Positions 39,508-51,832 of a stretch of DNA of 64,000 nucleotides are shown here, piece after piece. The stretch is taken from positions 336,951-400,950 of the forward strand of contig NMRA01000422.1 in assembly GCA_002633005.1 (NCBI GenBank). Reading direction: 5' to 3'. The notes beneath the pieces were generated by a model. That model saw only the letters and a program-made list of their open reading frames with translations, did no database searches and was not told the origin of the DNA. Position 1 is the stretch's first letter. The number at the start of each line of letters is the position of its first letter. This stretch comes from Phoronis australis (lineage: Eukaryota; Animalia; Phoronida). The position numbers and the translations under genes were made by a program.

Positions 39508-41279
39508 GTAAGTTTAATGTTAGCAGGTAGTTAGTGAATTGGCTTGAAACTTCCTGAAACTCTTAGAACATTAATTGACAATAAGTTAATGGTGAACGGG
39601 AATTGCAAATATTCTATTCAGTTCAGATGCGATCTTTGCAAATTCGATTTAGATTCAAATCAATAGGTCAACCTACAACATTCCAGAACCTAATAGACTA
39701 CATGCCACTTAACCATAGTGGTTTAGGTTCGGGGGATACGATGAAAATTTAAGAAAAAAATAAAGTATGTATATGTAGATGCACACAAGCAGATAAGTTA
39801 GCTATTTTACAGTGGAACTTTTTGCTGGCGTTTTTACCATGCACAGAACCCAAACATGCTCAGGCTTTCAATGAAAGTTGGTCATAAGTTGTACGTGTTG
39901 ACTTCAAATCCTCAAATGTGTTTACCTCGGGTCATCATTTCACGGTGTTGGCTTGCATTCATATTTTTTACGAGACCACACAGTTTGATTTTTTAGAAAT
40001 GAAACTCAGATCTGTGTCAAAGTTTTTATTTAGTTTAATGATAAATTTATTGTTTGAAATGAAAGTAAATTTTTTTCTGATTATTGCCCATTCATCAAAT
40101 CACAAAAACAAAGGTAAACAAAACGGTGAGTTACGATGGTTTGTTCTTGAAATTTTTCATGGATGACTGGATATAGAGCACGTGAAACTTTTGAAAGCAG
40201 TTACAGCGTTTTTGAAAAAGGGTCAAGAAAAACTGGAATCGTGGGAAAAGCAAAAATGATCGTAAAAGAATACTTCACATACGTTTTTATTTATTTTTCA
40301 CAAGACTTGGAGCATCTCTTGATGCAATTTAAAGTGAAAATCAACGTTACGAATTTCCATTAGGGTCTTGGAAAAGCAATCAACTTTTTTACCTGCTTTA
40401 AAGCTTGTAGTGACCTCGGAATACTCCTAGTAGTATCATCTCCAGCATATTAACGCAATTCCATTTCATTCGTAAACTTGTGTATGTACTTCGATCAAGA
40501 GTAAAATAGATTATTTAGAAAGTTAGGATGAAACATTGAAAGGCTTACATGTACTTTAGATGACTTACATCTTCACATCGGGTAATAAATGGCCTTGACA
40601 TTCCACAATATGACCATGCGGACGAATGGGGAAGATATGGCCATTCAGATCGTCGACGAAGTCAACGTTGTGTAAACGAAACGTCGTTGAAACTCACTGC
40701 AGAAGAGAAATTTACCTTCCAATATAATACAAACAGAAGTGGGATTTACAAATAACCGTATTTCATTCGTTTTGACTTGAACGGGGGTCACATAGAAGAC
40801 GTCGATGTAACGTCCAACACAACGAACTATCTTACTTCAAAATATGACTTCTTTCTCGTGCACGTTAACGCCAGTGCGTCACGTATGCAAGTGTTCCTCC
40901 TTCAGAAATTGTGGTGTCTTGCCCTAACATATCCAGGTTATATGCAAAACCAAAAATGGTTCGTGTGTTTGAAAATATTTCAACTTTTTAGACCACTGAA
41001 TTGACTAAAGCCCAATGTCAAAAGCATGTTTAAGTCTGGCCGGCATGCCACTTATGGCCACATCACGTGACCTAATTAATATAAGTCGAGAAAAGATTTC
41101 TGCCCCGACCAGGACTCGACCCCACTGTGGCGTGCTGATCAGACATAAAAGTACCTGCGATATGCATTTCCATGCAGGTTTAAAAATTACACATTTGTAT
41201 AAAGACCCAAAGTCCTCAAAATGAGGTTCCTGTTTCTACGATCATTACGTTTGCACGCAACATTTATCCTACTTTGAAG

Positions 41280-41451
41280 ATCTATGATGGAGTTCTAGAC
41301 GATTCACCACGTATTCTGAGACTGTGCGGTCGCAACAGGAACATCGCACCCATACAGTCTTCCTCAAACACCATGAAGCTCGTTTTTACCACAGGAGGAA
41401 GTGCGATCAACAAAGGTTTCTCGGCCTCCTATTCGTCAGACAATCCTGCGG
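41280..41451 (+). CDS. CUBN: CUBN-like exon K: C-half of CUB18-like domain
   Basis: Acceptor tttgaag, donor gtaggt. IYDGVLDDSPRILRLCGRNRNIAPIQSSSNTMKLVFTTGGSAINKGFSASYSSDNPA; phase 0-1. Confidence 0.9.
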
Positions 41452-41883
41452 GTAGGTACAATTTTACTAGTTAGAATTTTGCCGCCATGGATGAATACTC
41501 ATTTCGAAGCAATTCTTTCGCAGTTAATAAATCAACGAGCGGACAGAGGATTCAAGAGGCACCAACACTAGTATACGTCACCAGCAAAACCTAGGACACA
41601 ATAGAGTGACTGAATAAAATATCCATTATTTGTAAAATCTATTGGTCCATTTACACCTATCTTTCTCCTATCTACATTGGCACTGCGTTTCTGTCGGTCA
41701 TTTGTTCGGTCGTCTTCAGAAGTTACAGCGTTCTTAGAACTGAGAACGGGCACAAGTGTATGGTACACTTCCCTAGTCACATCATTTCATGGGGTTAGAA
41801 CCAACCATCCTTGTTGACTCCAAGGAAACGTGCATTCACTGCACCCAGTTATGTTTGGGTTGTATTGCAATTGATTGTGTTTC

Positions 41884-42101
41884 GAAGGTGTGCTTTATTG
41901 CGACACAATTCGACAGTACATGTAATTTAAATGATTCTGTTTTATCTAACTTTACTAATGCCTGGCAGCGTTCTCTTTAAGTTTTACTTATTGAAGGTGT
42001 GCTTTATTGCGACACAGTACATGTAATTTAAATGATTCTGTTTTTATCTAACTTTACTAATGCCTGGCAGCGTTCTCTTTAAGTTTTACTTATTGAAGGT
42101 G
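41884..42101. repeat. Recent tandem duplication (~105 bp x2)
   Basis: gaaggtgtgctttattgcgacac...aagttttacttatt starts at both 41884 and 41993; the copies are near-identical apart from small indels. Confidence 0.9.
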
Positions 42102-43255
42102 AGAACTTGTGTGACCTGAATCAAAATTAATTTTTAGTTTCTTCAACTGGTTTATTTCCACTGATGAAGCAACGTAGCGCCGTTTAGTGCTCTTTTCACG
42201 AAAAGTCACGCCCTTAGGCATCAAATAAAAACGAAAAACAGACTGGTACCTAGAGAATAAATAGCTCTTTAAAATGAAGTCGGGCAACTTTACAACGAAG
42301 GTTGGAGCTCCCAACAAGACGCAAATAATCGCTATCGTCTTTAGATTTTAATATTCCATTTCCCACGTTGATGTCTGCTAAAAAAGGCAACAATTTCATA
42401 AACTCACCCTCCGTGTATTCTGCGCTCGTGTTAGCTCGTAGTACTGTACATGTAAATGCGCAGCACTGATACAAACCGTATCCCAAAGACTATACACGTC
42501 ACACACACATCTTAGTTATGTTCGAAAAACTGTTTCGCTCATATCAAATTTGTGGGCTTTGTTTTTGTGCTATTTTGAACAAAAGTAGCATTCTTACACG
42601 TTTTGAAAATTGCAATTACAAAATAACTTTTTTATGTGCGAGCCATGTGCGCTTTTACGTGTATGGTACGTCTCCGTATTGTATGTTATTGATGAAAAAG
42701 ATAGTAAATTATATTGCCTGTTTTGTTAAAATATACAATGGAGAGTCATTCTGCTATTTTCTCTTGACGGTAATCGTGATTTAATTGAAATCCCTTTTAT
42801 TGTAATTCAAGAGTCATCAGCAATCTCCACTGTACATGTACACATAAATAATTTTCTTAATTTCAGCCAGTTTATGCGAGTCCTTTTAGCAGAGTATTTT
42901 TGCTGTCAACATCCTGAGAAAATGATCGCATTAACACAAGCATTGTGTAAATTTTGATTATCAAATTTTGATGAACATTTCGGATGACTCAAACGCGCGA
43001 AAAAAATGCTTGCAGGCAGTCTCGCCGTTCAGACATTTGGACAAATATCATTTTCGGCTTTCTTTTCCAAAATCGTAGGCATTTCTCAGTGCAAAGTGGT
43101 ATAATACTCTGCGGAACATCTGTTCCTTAATTACATGCAGAAATTTCTAGCAACTGGAAATCTTTGTATGTTGATGTTTGCCTTGCCCATTGGTTAACTA
43201 TTTATTGCGTTTGTAGATATGACACTAGTGTAAAACTGTTTAGCGTGATTTTCAG

Positions 43256-43459
43256 TGTGTGGGGGACGCATTACTGGTCCGCAGCCGGGAGTCGTACAGA
43301 GTCCTGGTTACGCAAGTGGCATGTACCCTAACAGCATACAGTGCACTTGGATTGTCGCTGCCCCGAATAGCACTGGTTGGTCAATCGAGCTAGATTTTAC
43401 TTCGTTTGACCTGGAGTCAAGCTTAACATGTCGTCATGACTTCATCGAGGTCAAAGACG
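43256..43459 (+). CDS. CUBN: CUBN-like exon L: N-half of CUB19-like domain
   Basis: Acceptor ttttcag, donor gtaagt. VCGGRITGPQPGVVQSPGYASGMYPNSIQCTW...FDLESSLTCRHDFIEVKD; phase 1-1. Confidence 0.9.
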
Positions 43460-44399
43460 GTAAGTTTGTCTGAATAAGAAAGGTCTGAGAAAAATCGAAT
43501 ATCCTGTCGTTATGACGCGCTTCATTAGTGTCAAAAGCCGAATTTTCAAAATACAATCTCCACCTTGGGTTAGCCGGTTCCCTTCATAAACGCTAGAAAG
43601 AGTTTGCACAGTGCGTTGTCACAGTCAAGCACAGCTCGCAAAATGTATGTTTTTTCCTGTGCATGCGTTTCTAGAGTCCTTCATGTGTGCGTCTATTTTC
43701 TTGGATAATTGTGTTCTTGCTATACTGAAACCTACGCTACTGATCTTTATGTCCAACAGAACATTGTTATAGTCATTAGACTTGAGCAACATGTAAGACC
43801 TCACGCTCAAGCTCCAGGGATCGAGCGTAGAATTGAAGTGGTAGGTGTTAGTCTTGGGACTTTCAAGCGCAAATTACATGCAGGACCGGACATTTATCGT
43901 CCCAAATTATAATATAACCGAGCACAGAATAAACAAATAAACATCGTAACTCCGTTCTTTTTTTGGTTAAAGTACCGAATATAATCTGTAGGTTGAACCC
44001 GAGTTCGAAGATTATCCAGAATTTGCGTCGTTTAGTTCTTTCTCAACAATGTTGTGAACGTCAAGGTCTATTTCTAAATAAACCAGCTAGGTTTACTGGG
44101 TAATGTTGCTGAATTGTTGTAGAGACTGTCACGATTATATATCTTTGATACCCTTGTAGTACATGCAATGACAAAACATTTTTTATATTTGCCCAAGTCA
44201 TAAATGGCCGTCATCTTAGATTTTACAAAAAAAAACTTTCGTTAGTGTTTCAGCCACTAAATAAGCTTTTACTTCGGCGGCTAAACTGCCATTTCAGTGC
44301 CAATCAATCCACTGCTATAAAAATAACTACATGTACAATGCTAAATTCAACCACAAAAATAACTGTCTATATAAAGCCTTGCACCCATGTTGCTTTGCC

Positions 44400-46100
44400 T
44401 GTACGAGAGAACAGTCCTGTGATGCCTGTGCCTTCAAAAGCATGGGGACTGGTGAAGTATTTCTTCTTTCTGCATAGGGTGAGGTTGCCATCCAATTTTA
44501 TGACCGCTAATCTTCCTGTGAAGGTTATACTGTACACGTAGCCAAGTTCTCGATCATATGGATCAACTTCAATTTGTCTAGGTGTGGTAGTATTGTCAGT
44601 ACCATCTGGGACATGGAGACTACTGGTTCCACGGTGAAATCGTGGCTCCCAATGACCTTTGTCCATTTGATGTAACAGCCAGTACCACCAGTCCACCGCA
44701 CTTGTAACTGAACTCTTTTAGTTGACCATTGTTGTCTCGGCGTTTCACTGACTCTTGTATAAGCTTTATCGACCTTCTTCTATACAAGCACTCATGAGAC
44801 CCATTGATGTTGGCAGTACATGTACAGGTCGCGAGCACATATCCGAGGTATCGATATTGTCATATTTAGCAGCAAGTGAGATTCCATGTTTCAATATGAC
44901 AGCCTTGATCTTATTTATTCCTCTTGACAAGACTTGGCCTAATGTTATGAAGCCCTCTTATTATGTTGGACTGACTCTTGAACTTTTTCAAAATACAGAA
45001 GTGTGCTGGTGAAAGCTAGAAGAGTGTCGGTCTGGCATTGTCTTGGTTTGAGAAGCCGACGAGCCCAAAAGGGATTGTTATCAACTTGTTCAAACGATCG
45101 CTTGTATCGCTGCTCGCCCCGACGGATGCCAAGAGAACGTCATTATTCGTGACGCAAGGCTACCTGTTTGTAGCTCTTCACAAGCTTATTGATCCTTAGA
45201 TCGTGCTTGTCTTTGGGGTGCCTGGTTGTGTTTAATTCGGTCAAAGACGAAGAAAATCTCGCTCAACAGTTCTCCGGCTTGTAGATGATGCACCATTGCC
45301 TGTCGCAGCAACACGATTACCTCTACTCCATATAGGTACTTCATCACTACTTCGAACATTGTATTTGACTCTTCGAAAACTGTGATAAAATCAGCAGTGG
45401 CGTACAATTCAAGTTGAGTGCTTTTTTATCAGTCAGCTTTTGTGTGGTCACCCCAAACCCCTCGGAAGAGAAAGCTTTATCTGCCTCTAATTCTTTCTGG
45501 CTTACGATTTCATTAATGAAGTGTCCTCTATAAATTACTCTGTTGCCATTTCATAGAGAGCCACGACAAGAGGTGTAAGTTTGTGCTGGGTAGATGTAAG
45601 GTTCGTTTTGTTGTTGCAGAGTCATAGACATCACTTTCAATCTAGGCACTGTGAATACCTGAGTTCTCACATATATAGGTCTCCCAGTCGGGACAACTGA
45701 ACACTTCAGGTAAAGTTTTCTTTTATACAGATGTAAGTTGGAACATGTGCCATGTCAAATAAACTGACTGTCGGATGATCTTCAACAGCAGCCAGCTTTC
45801 TCAGTTCCCACAATGGCCGGTAGTAGAGCTCGGACCAGGCTTACTTTGAGGCAAAAGTGACTTGTATCCTGCCTCGCTTGCTTGTTGCTTCCCCAGATTC
45901 GATTTTAAGGATTCAAAATTCTCCCGCTGGTAATCATGTGGTTTATTCTCTTAGCAAGCTGGGATTCCGGATTGCCACATTGCAGCACATCTATATGTCC
46001 ATATGGATCAGGATGATGAAAGCACATAGCAAGCATGGAACTGCATGACGATGACGATGATGGGGATGCCCTTGAGACTCCCTGATTGTCTTGAATGTTG
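44400..46100 (-). mobile_element. Highly decayed Gypsy/Ty3-like pol relic (RNase H-integrase)
   Basis: Fragments in Gypsy order on the minus strand: HPDPYGHIDV, VTFASK (RNase H-like), QSN..EGF.TL (integrase core-like), DW.YW..K..WEP....PY...YVYSI (GPY/F-like). No LTRs recognised. Confidence 0.45.
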
Positions 46101-47376
46101 GGCATATTTTTGTCATGAAGAGCATGTCGGCTTCACATTAACTTAGTGGGAGATCCATGCCTGATTACGTGTAAAACCGCCAATGAAATTAAATATCAGT
46201 CAATTAAATGTCTTGATTGAATCTAGGATATTTGTGTTAAGAGCATTGGATTCGTTGGCCCTGAAATGGTCCACTGGTGGTCTTTGATTATTTCAACGTT
46301 GGCAGAAACTGTAATACTCATTTTCCCACGACATTCAGAAGATTGCGATGTTAGCTTTCATATAATGCCAACTTTGAAAAAGTATAGCTCGATTAAATTA
46401 CAACACAATCAACGGAGGAAATAATGTCCTTAGCTGTCACCTTAGATTATCCATAATGATTTGGTTAAACCAAAGATTTTTTGACAAGTTATGATTTCCT
46501 GTTTAACTTAATGACTAATGATTGAGTTAGAAACTGAGCCCTTAATTCAGTCAAAATAATTTGGGACGTAATCCTTAAAATAGGGTGTTGAATAAAAAGA
46601 TCCCAACTTAATTTCAATAATATTGAGAACACAATGTACAATTCACCTTCGATTTGCATCAATGACAAAAATTGACTTAGCACTGAGACTCAAACAGCAT
46701 AAGAAAGACAACCAGTGTTTCCAAAAAATCCACAAATACGCAGTAGATTTAGGAAGCTTAGTTGAGTCCCATATTTGGGACTGTTTCATGCAACCGGGCG
46801 CAGAAGACTTATACTCCTGCATGCGATATGGCTTTCAACATAAATTCTTAGTAACGTGGTCTTGACATTCACAACGGCATGGTAACATGCGGTCGCTGGA
46901 AAGAACGTGTGACGGCCATGCGCACTTCTAACGTTAATATCTATGGTGCTTTTAGGAATCTCAGGTAGCGGTTTTGTATGCGAGTTGATTTCATGCAAAA
47001 AGCCACATGTCTCCGAAATCACGAAAAGAAAGACATGTGGGGGTAATGTTTCTTCAACTTTCAATTTAGTTTTGTTCTACTGTGGTACCAAATAAGTATA
47101 GTGGCAGCATTTACGTACACAAAAGGAGACGATAACTTCCTACACTCCATTTTCCATAATATTAGGTGTCTTGTGTAATGAGCGTTCAAGCCAATTCTCT
47201 AACGTAAACCCAGTTTAACGTTACGTTTTGTCCAGCCATTAAAGAGGAGTTTTTGTTGCTGTTGGTCTATATCCATGTCTTGGTGAACAAAACACAAAAT
47301 GCCAGTCTGCTTTTTATGCCTGTTCCCTACTATACGTAAGACTTCCTTTTACATAAATTAGTGTTTATTTTTGCAG

Positions 47377-47541
47377 GTTCAGATGGGAATCAACTTGTTG
47401 GACGTTATTGTGGTAGCAATGCTACCAACACTAATCTGCCATGGCCACTCCTCATTCTGTCACCATGGCCGATACACGTTAGGTTTCGAACCGACTTATC
47501 AAACACCCGCAGAGGATTCAATCTAACTTATAGTTTCTCAG
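47377..47541 (+). CDS. CUBN: CUBN-like exon M: C-half of CUB19-like domain
   Basis: Acceptor tttgcag, donor gtaaat. GSDGNQLVGRYCGSNATNTNLPWPLLILSPWPIHVRFRTDLSNTRRGFNLTYSFS; phase 1-1. Confidence 0.9.
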
Positions 47542-48458
47542 GTAAATTCCACTTACTTTGATAGGCATTGCCTGAATTGAAGACGCATTGTGGTATTGCT
47601 GGCAGTAGTTTTAGTTTCACATTAGAACACATGGCGACTTTGATCTTTCAAAAATCACGATATTGAACCGACTGAATTTTAACGATGTGAACGTGTTCAG
47701 TATTTTCACTTTAAGCAAGGTCAATGGCAGCCGAAGTCGCTGAACCACTTGATTTTCACGCAACAGTGACGTTGAAAACCAAAGTAGCAGTTTTGTGGGT
47801 GTTAGCATAAGGTAGAATTGTCGTGAGGACTTGACAGGGACCTCAGGGGTGTCACACTCCACTGATTTATCCACATTATTTTGAAAACGCTTTGCCCAGT
47901 CACATAAAAGAGATAAGCATACCTGCAGCTGAAGCAGCAAGTAGAACCATCCTCGTTTATCACATTGGTGTAGACTCACATTTGAACTGTGGTTTTCTGT
48001 TGACCCCAGACCGTCCGGAGTTGCACCATATGCCAACTCTGGACGGTCTCTCACGACGATTTAGCGTTATGCAAATGTCGACTCGACGTCGTAAACTGGC
48101 TGGATCACACAACTTTTCCAAAATAGTTTAAAGTAATAAAGTTGGAGCTATATAAATGACACTCAACATGCAATCAGGTCACAGACGTAACGTCCGGTAC
48201 AAAACTATTAATTATGTAACACTAAATCTGCCTGTTTTTTGCTAAATACCACCCAGGCAGCGATTCCACAACTCCCTCAACCCACGACCACCTCAACCTA
48301 CGACTTGTGGCAACAGAGGTATATTTTTTGTGCATTTTACATATTTCATAATCTTATTACGTCGCCGAGTGACTTTCCCACGAGACTTACCAGCTCGGGA
48401 GTCTGCTCTGGCTCAAATCTGGTGATTAAAAATAGAAAGTGGCGCGATAACGAGATCT

Positions 48459-48610
48459 GGCGTGCGTTCAGTAATGAGAGGACCTACTTTAGGACCTAGC
48501 TAAAATCTAGACAAAGTCACGTGCTCTTATTTAAAAGACACGGTAATATCTCACGTAACCTCGCGAAGTCTTGGTTTTTAGCGAGGTCCTATTGTTACTG
48601 AACGGGAGGC
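48459..48610. mobile_element. Short palindromic MITE (Harbinger-like?)
   Basis: Inverted cgttcagtaa / ttactgaacg near the ends, plus an inner inverted pair aggacctagctaaaa..agac / gtct..ttttagcgaggtcct. Confidence 0.5.
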
Positions 48611-49261
48611 TGAAATAGGGAATTGAGAGCGCACAGTCGGCACGGGCGGCTACCAATCCAATGGCTCAGTTCTACTAAACTCAGGAGAGAATCCGTTAAC
48701 ATTATTTCACATTTTTATTATTTGGTTTCTGTTTTATACTCGTTTACAAAATTCCCCATGTAACGGTGAAATATTTTTGTTAACGTTTTGGTTTTTCAAC
48801 TGTGTAGTTACTGATGAGTTTTACAGTTTTGTCGGTTCTCACAACTATTCGCAAAAAACGTTGAATCTGTCATTCACTGAAAAGCAGACGAGACGATTAC
48901 ACTTTGCGGAACGACATTTGTAACGTTGGTAGGTCTTTAATTTGATTTGGTCACGTTGTGTTATTTCCCTGTTATTTGAATTTCAAACTTGCCGAATGGA
49001 CTCTATTAATTGCAAAACACAGGGAAAAGCCAGCCGAGCTCACGGCCCTGCAAGTCCGCGCTTGTTCTATGTTCAGATCGAGTCAGGTTTGTGTAGACTG
49101 CTTCGAGGCGGTGTGGGTCGTGGATCGAGAGGGTCATGAGTCGAGGGGATCGTACATGTAGGTCGAGGGGGTCGGGGGTGTGGGGTTCGAGGAATTTTAA
49201 AAAAATCCCCTCTTACATGGCAAACGCACGTGCACAAAGCCAGCGCACCCTTGAGAAACAG

Positions 49262-49478
49262 CATGCGCGCATCCAGCCGTTAATATGGGGGGCTCGAATG
49301 TCTGAAAAAGTGGACCTTTTGTTCACAAAAAGCGGGAGGACTAAAAGAATAAACGGCACCACATTCAAGTCTGTGACTTTTGCGTCTGCGCCTTTTTAGT
49401 GCACTTTTGTCTCGTTTTCTCGGACTATTTGTTTCTCTGAGGCGGACCTTTTTACCCACTTCGCTGGGTGCGCGCATG
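49262..49478. mobile_element. MITE with 16-bp TIR and perfect 5-bp TSD
   Basis: aacag|CATGCGCGCATCCAGC ... GCTGGGTGCGCGCATG|aacag. Confidence 0.8.
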
Positions 49479-49639
49479 AACAGAAGCTACATGTAGCAAA
49501 ATGTCCAAAATGCTGTGACTTTGAGATCGATGTACCTCTTTCATGAAAGTCTGGGTATGTTTGCCATGTTCACCTTTACTTGTGTACGAGTTTCTTTGCC
49601 GCATGCTGCAAACATCTCGATGTTGACTTTATTTCATAG

Positions 49640-49761
49640 AATGTGGCGGTGTGCTGTCTGACGCCAGTGGCATTATCACCAGCCCCAACTACCCTTCCGC
49701 ATACCATCCTAATGTAGCATGTGTGTGGGTAATTCAAGCACCAAACGGTCACAAGATACAG
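49640..49761 (+). CDS. CUBN: CUBN-like exon N: N-part of CUB20-like domain (absent from the ORF track)
   Basis: Acceptor ttcatag, donor gtagga. ECGGVLSDASGIITSPNYPSAYHPNVACVWVIQAPNGHKIQ; phase 1-0. Confidence 0.88.
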
Positions 49762-51141
49762 GTAGGAAAACTTGCTCCAGGAAACTAGAATTGTCGCCTG
49801 ATGTGTGTAAAGTTCTGTAACATCAACATCCACGACGAGCTAAAAGGTGTCGCGTTACCCTGACACTAAGACGCAGTCACAAAGCAATGACGTCAACGAT
49901 CTTGAGATCGGTGATCCTATTTCTGTCAATGGGGTGGTGCATATAAAAAGTGTCAAGCCCGTCTTGCTACACTTTTGTAATAAAATTGTTGTGGTTTTAA
50001 TGACTGCAAATGTGTTAAAAAATTTACACGTCCCACTCTTTTCAGAAGCAACAAAACTATAATTGAAGCTGGCCGACCGTTTAAGGCGGCCGTGTGAGTG
50101 CATATGTCAGTCGTATGATAATGCAGTTGTGGGTGAAGGGTAGCTATTGAAACAAATATTCAACTGTATGCAATTAGACTTCAATGCATCAGCAACTGCA
50201 ATTATGGAATATAGCAACCTCTTAGCTCGAAAATTTAATGAGCGCGAAACGGCCAAAGTCAAGCAAAAAGTCTCTTGATTTTTTCCAAGAGTGAAGAGCG
50301 TGACACACAATAACCGCGTCACATGTTAGCTCCCCTGCTGTGTAGAGAAATTATAAAAGAACTCAGCGTGCAAGTATCGATAGCAACTAATCGAGCTAAA
50401 CTGATGCTAAAGAAATCGTTTTTGGTGGAGTGCTCTTTAAAACATTCACCTAGCCGATTGCACCGGATAATTACTGGCGCAGGCGCGGGCAAGAAATGGA
50501 ACGCACCACCTAAGCCATTCTCTTACGCTATGGGCGTACGCAAGTCCCCACCGCCCGATGTTTTAGTATTACTACAACATGAGGTGTTCGAGTTGAGCGG
50601 CCAAACTACGCAAACTTTTGGCAGCTGACAAGTACATGTACATGGTATTGGTCTCGGTAGCCATAAGAGCCTGACAATGAAAGACATGGAGTTATGTCCC
50701 TTGTATTTGCTAAGATTCCGACTGCAGGTTAGACCCACGGGCACGCCGAGTGAAACTGTCTGACCAGAATAGGCCTATGGTCTGCCATCGATTTGCGTAA
50801 ACCAAACTAAACTACATGTAGCCTAGTTGGGTATATTTTAAAAGCGCACCTTGATCATTGCCGTCATGGTTGAATGGCGAGGTTAAAATCATACAGTGTA
50901 AGAGACTCAGAACCCGAAACATGTAGGAATTCCCAATCCCTAGAGAGTCATGACTGCATGCACACGGCGCTGAATGTGTTTGTACTCCGCAATTGTAACG
51001 CTACTGTTAACTTGATCCCCACTTGTGAAACACCTAACAAGGCACACGATAAACATTTTGCAGCGACTCCATTCCAAGGGAAAAAGGTGCATTTTGCTCG
51101 TGTAATATGATTGCTCAGTGGTCTTTCCCTTCTGCTTTCAG

Positions 51142-51375
51142 ATCCAAACCCTGGAATTTAACGTAGGCCTACAGATCAGTAAAGATTGTCATCTCGACTA
51201 TGTGACAGTTCTGAACGGTGGCTACCCTTCGTCTCCTTCTATCGGACGATTCTGCGGCAACGTAACAAACGCGATTAAATTGCGGTCGATGAACAACCGC
51301 CTTCGTGTCGAATTAATAGTGATTTCTTGTCAGCTGGTGGACGATTCAAAATACGTTACAACATCGACAACACAG
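51142..51375 (+). CDS. CUBN: CUBN-like exon O: C-part of CUB20-like domain, with a 1-nt frameshift at ~51314
   Basis: Acceptor ctttcag, donor gtttgt. IQTLEFNVGLQISKDCHLDYVTVLNGGYPSSPSIGRFCGN...RLRVE, then the CUB sequence (F)NSDFLSAGGRFKIRYNIDNT continues only in a shifted frame. The exon is 234 nt, whereas 235 is needed for phase 0-1. Confidence 0.82.
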
Positions 51376-51706
51376 GTTTGTTCGCTTTCACAGAACGATA
51401 GTTATGCCATCTGGCTTTTCATGCGCACTGGTTATTGTACTGTTTACTGGGATATCTCGGATCCAACACATTTGGCTCATGAGAAGGGTCTAGTATCAGC
51501 AAACTGCACTGGGTTTTCATTTACAAGTGTTGCTGTGCTGTAAATTCAAAACTACACTAAGAGATAAAAACGCTTTACCTGTTCTAAATGTGTTTGGGTG
51601 TTTTTCATTACACCATGTACATGTACCGTACATGCACAAAGGTGTGGACTTATCTATAAAAGGAAGTGAGTGTTCGCGTGTATTTTGTGACCTTCTTTCC
51701 CTTCAG

Positions 51707-51832
51707 GTTGCGGAGGTGTTTTGCATGCGGCCAATGGCCATATAACTTCGCCCAACTACCCCCATCACTACCCACATAATACCCAGTGCATCTGGGACAT
51801 TATAGTGGTTTCAGGGAATCAATTGCTTTAAC
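51707..51832 (+). CDS. CUBN: CUBN-like exon P: start of CUB21-like domain, degenerate and truncated
   Basis: Acceptor ccttcag. GCGGVLHAANGHITSPNYPHHYPHNTQCIWDIIVVSGNQ is followed by LL and an in-frame TAA (probable second 1-nt deletion; the ancestral frame reads IALTIL). CUB similarity then ends; AATAAA at 51880-51885. Confidence 0.75.

Larger units (their letters stand above)
12472..51832 (+). other. CUBN: Cubilin-like multi-CUB gene, partial (16 exons; 5' part not in window; 3' end degenerate or truncated)
   Basis: The 16 GT-AG exons chain in consistent phases (1-1,1-1,1-1,1-1,1-0,0-2,2-1,1-1,1-1,1-0,0-1,1-1,1-1,1-0,0-1,1-). Linkers and domain order (VRNG..SPPMG, YAIALCGG, YEASLKDCGG, YSSDNPAVCGG, YSFSECGG, VLNGGYPSSPSIG, GCGGVLH) match my recollection of vertebrate cubilin CUB15-21. 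Confidence 0.85.

Noticed and set aside
39710-40450. MITE-like AT-rich segment
   Set aside because: No convincing TIR or TSD could be defined by eye.
47617-48054. 145-aa minus-strand ORF
   Set aside because: No domain signature; intronic and antisense to cubilin; the length is compatible with chance.
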